Origin: the human T2T-CHM13v2.0 reference genome, Homo sapiens
Length of the DNA stretch: 64,000 nucleotides
Direction: 5' to 3' (one strand)
NCBI RefSeq assembly: GCF_009914755.1
Contig: NC_060940.1
Shown here: positions 61,455-64,000 of the stretch, piece after piece
Numbering within the stretch: position 1 is the stretch's first letter
Layout of the letters: each line of letters starts with the position of its first letter
The notes under the pieces: generated by a model
What the model saw: the letters and a program-made list of their open reading frames with translations, nothing else
Database searches by the model: none
Told to the model about the DNA's origin: nothing
Translations under genes and position numbers: made by a program

Positions 61455-62803
61455 TGTCCTGGTCCAACTGGGCTGCTCTAAGAATATACCCTAGATGGGT
61501 AATTTATAGACAGACTTTTATTTCTCACAGTTCTGGAGGCTGGGAACTCCAAGATCATGGAAATGGCAGATTCAATGACTGGTGAAGGGCTGCATTCTCT
61601 CATGGCAGAAGAGACAAATGCTGCATCTTCACACAGTGGAGGGACACAGGAGCTCCTTTCAAACTTTTTAATAAGAGCATGAATCCTATTCACAAGGGCT
61701 CTCCCCTCGTGACTTAATCACCTCCTGAAGGCCCCACCTCTTAATACTATCACATTGGCGATTGAGTTTCAACATATGAATTGTAGGGGCACACATTCAG
61801 ACCATAGCATCCCCCTTACTCTTATAAAAACGCCAAGTTTTTAGCTGCGTATATGGCCACACTTCCCAGCTTCCTTTGCACTTATACATGGTCATGTTAC
61901 CATCTTGGTCAACAAGAATTGAGAAGAATTAATATCTGCAACTTGTGGGTCTCATTCTTACAGAAGGAAAGCCCTTCCTGGTCCCCTTTCTTCCTCCCTC
62001 CCTGCAGACTGTAGTGTAGACATGGTGTTGGCCATCCTGGACCACGTAGATGAGGGCAATATCTAAAGGGTAGCAGAAAAAGAAGCTAGAAGGGGTGTGG
62101 ACTTCTGACAATGTCACAGAGCAGAGCCACCAGATCAGTCATTTCCAAGAGAGAAATAACTATCTTGTTTAAGATACTTTTATGTTGAGTCTCTAGCCCA
62201 TCCAGCCAAACTTATAACCTAACTATGACAAGCCTCAAAGGAAAGAGAATCACTCTGCATATGGAAGCAAGCAGAATGCACCTATGCAGGGCTCCAGAAT
62301 GAGTATTCTCCACTCAAGGGAGCATCCAGGGAAGTGGGAACTTCAGGGGAGAGGTAGGTTAGACCAGGAGGCAAAGCAGTTATGTCAGTCGGTTCTTGCA
62401 TTGCTTTAAGGAAATACCTGAGGCTGGGTAATTTATAAAGAAAAGAGGCTTAATTGGCTCACGTTTCTACAGGCTCTACAGGAAGTGTGTTGCCAGCATC
62501 TGCTTCTTGTGAGGGCCTTCGGAAGCTTCCAGTCATGATGGAAGGTGAAGGGTGAGCAGGCACCTAACATGTCGAGAGAGGGAGCAAGGGTGGGAGGAGA
62601 TACCACACTCTTTTAAATGACCAGATGGATCTCTTGTGAACGCAGAGCAACAACTCACTTATCAACAATGGAATGGTGCTAAGCCATTCATGAGGGATCC
62701 GCCCTCATGATCCAATCACCTCCCACCAGGCCCCACCTCCAACACTGGGAATCACATTTCATCCTGAAATTTGGAGGGGACCAACATCCAAACCATATCA
62801 GCA
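61455..62803 (-). mobile_element. Two MaLR MST-type solo LTRs (about 61455-61810 and 62381-62803)
   Basis: They end in accatagca and accatatca and carry typical ctcacagttctggaggctgg / ccaatcacctcccaccagg motifs. Confidence 0.75.
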
Positions 62804-62852
62804 ATTCAGCGACAAAATGAAGTCACAAAAACTGATAGGTGTATCAGGGTAA

Positions 62853-63303
<451 letters not shown>

Positions 63304-64000
63304 TAATAGTTTGCCTCCATTTTTTATGTCTAACTCCCAACAGCTTTGAAGCCTCATTCTGCTCCTGCCTTTTTATCCCACATGTGGTGAACTAATAAGA
63401 AAACCCAGGTATGCCCTTGGCACAGACAGGAAACTGACAAGAACCCTCACCCTAGTGCTACTCTCTAACCACAATAAAACCCCAAAGCCAGTCACCCCTT
63501 CCTGCTTTCTCAAACCATTTCAGACCTACTTGGAAACCTGCTCTGCTCTCCCCAGAAAGCCTCATTATGGCACTAATAAATATTTTTATTCCTTCATGGT
63601 ATGTTTTGGGCATCTGTCTCAGTTTTGGAACCAAATTTTGGGTGTGGTTTTCAAATTGTTTCTGTGGGATGATCAGCTGGATAAGAGGGAAAATTCTTCT
63701 TTACAGGAGAATGTCAACAAATTAATAAATTTAGAAGAATTCATAGAATTAGAAACCATGACTTTGCAACTATCATTGCAATAATTGATTCAGGCAAGAA
63801 AGGTTGTGGGGAAACACATTGTCTCAAAGTTATTAAATATAAAAGTGGAAGTACTTTTAAAATGGAGAATATAGCAGACACCACCTTGCCCAAGTGATCA
63901 ATTTGACATCACCAATAATGGGACAAACTGACATCTTGTGCCTCCTGATAGGATGTACCAAGAAGGATACAACATCACCTATTTTAATCTGCCTGCCAAA

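Overview
Primate genomic DNA, almost certainly human 16q22. It carries the complete tyrosine aminotransferase gene TAT on the minus strand. I could place all 12 exons at GT-AG boundaries: a non-coding exon 1 at about 18286-18203 and a 1365-nt CDS (454 aa) from 17609 to 9337. There are two AATAAA signals, at 8060-8055 and 6876-6871. A CpG-rich promoter (RFX and NRF1 motifs, splice donors on both strands) sits just beyond the TAT 3' end and is the likely source of the antisense RNA TAT-AS1. The other ~45 kb is TAT upstream territory, mostly repeats: dozens of Alus, an SVA, an L1PB, a 5'-inverted L1PA2, ERV1/ERVK/MaLR LTRs and DNA transposons. Unique islands within it hold recognisable counterparts of the rat Tat -2.5, -3.6 and -11 kb enhancers. 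I see no second intact protein-coding gene and no clearly new biological system. The best leads are: (i) a complex templated inverted insertion at a cruciform-capable site; (ii) apparent turnover of the glucocorticoid circuitry, with the classic GRE degenerate and consensus-matching GREs at -0.67 kb and -34 kb, the latter beside tandem CTCF motifs; (iii) a perfect AP-1 palindrome; (iv) a 3'-truncated U6-L1 chimera; (v) an Alu with extra sequence inside its TSDs; and (vi) tentative cryptic exons. Repeat subfamily names and rat comparisons are from memory and need RepeatMasker or alignment confirmation.
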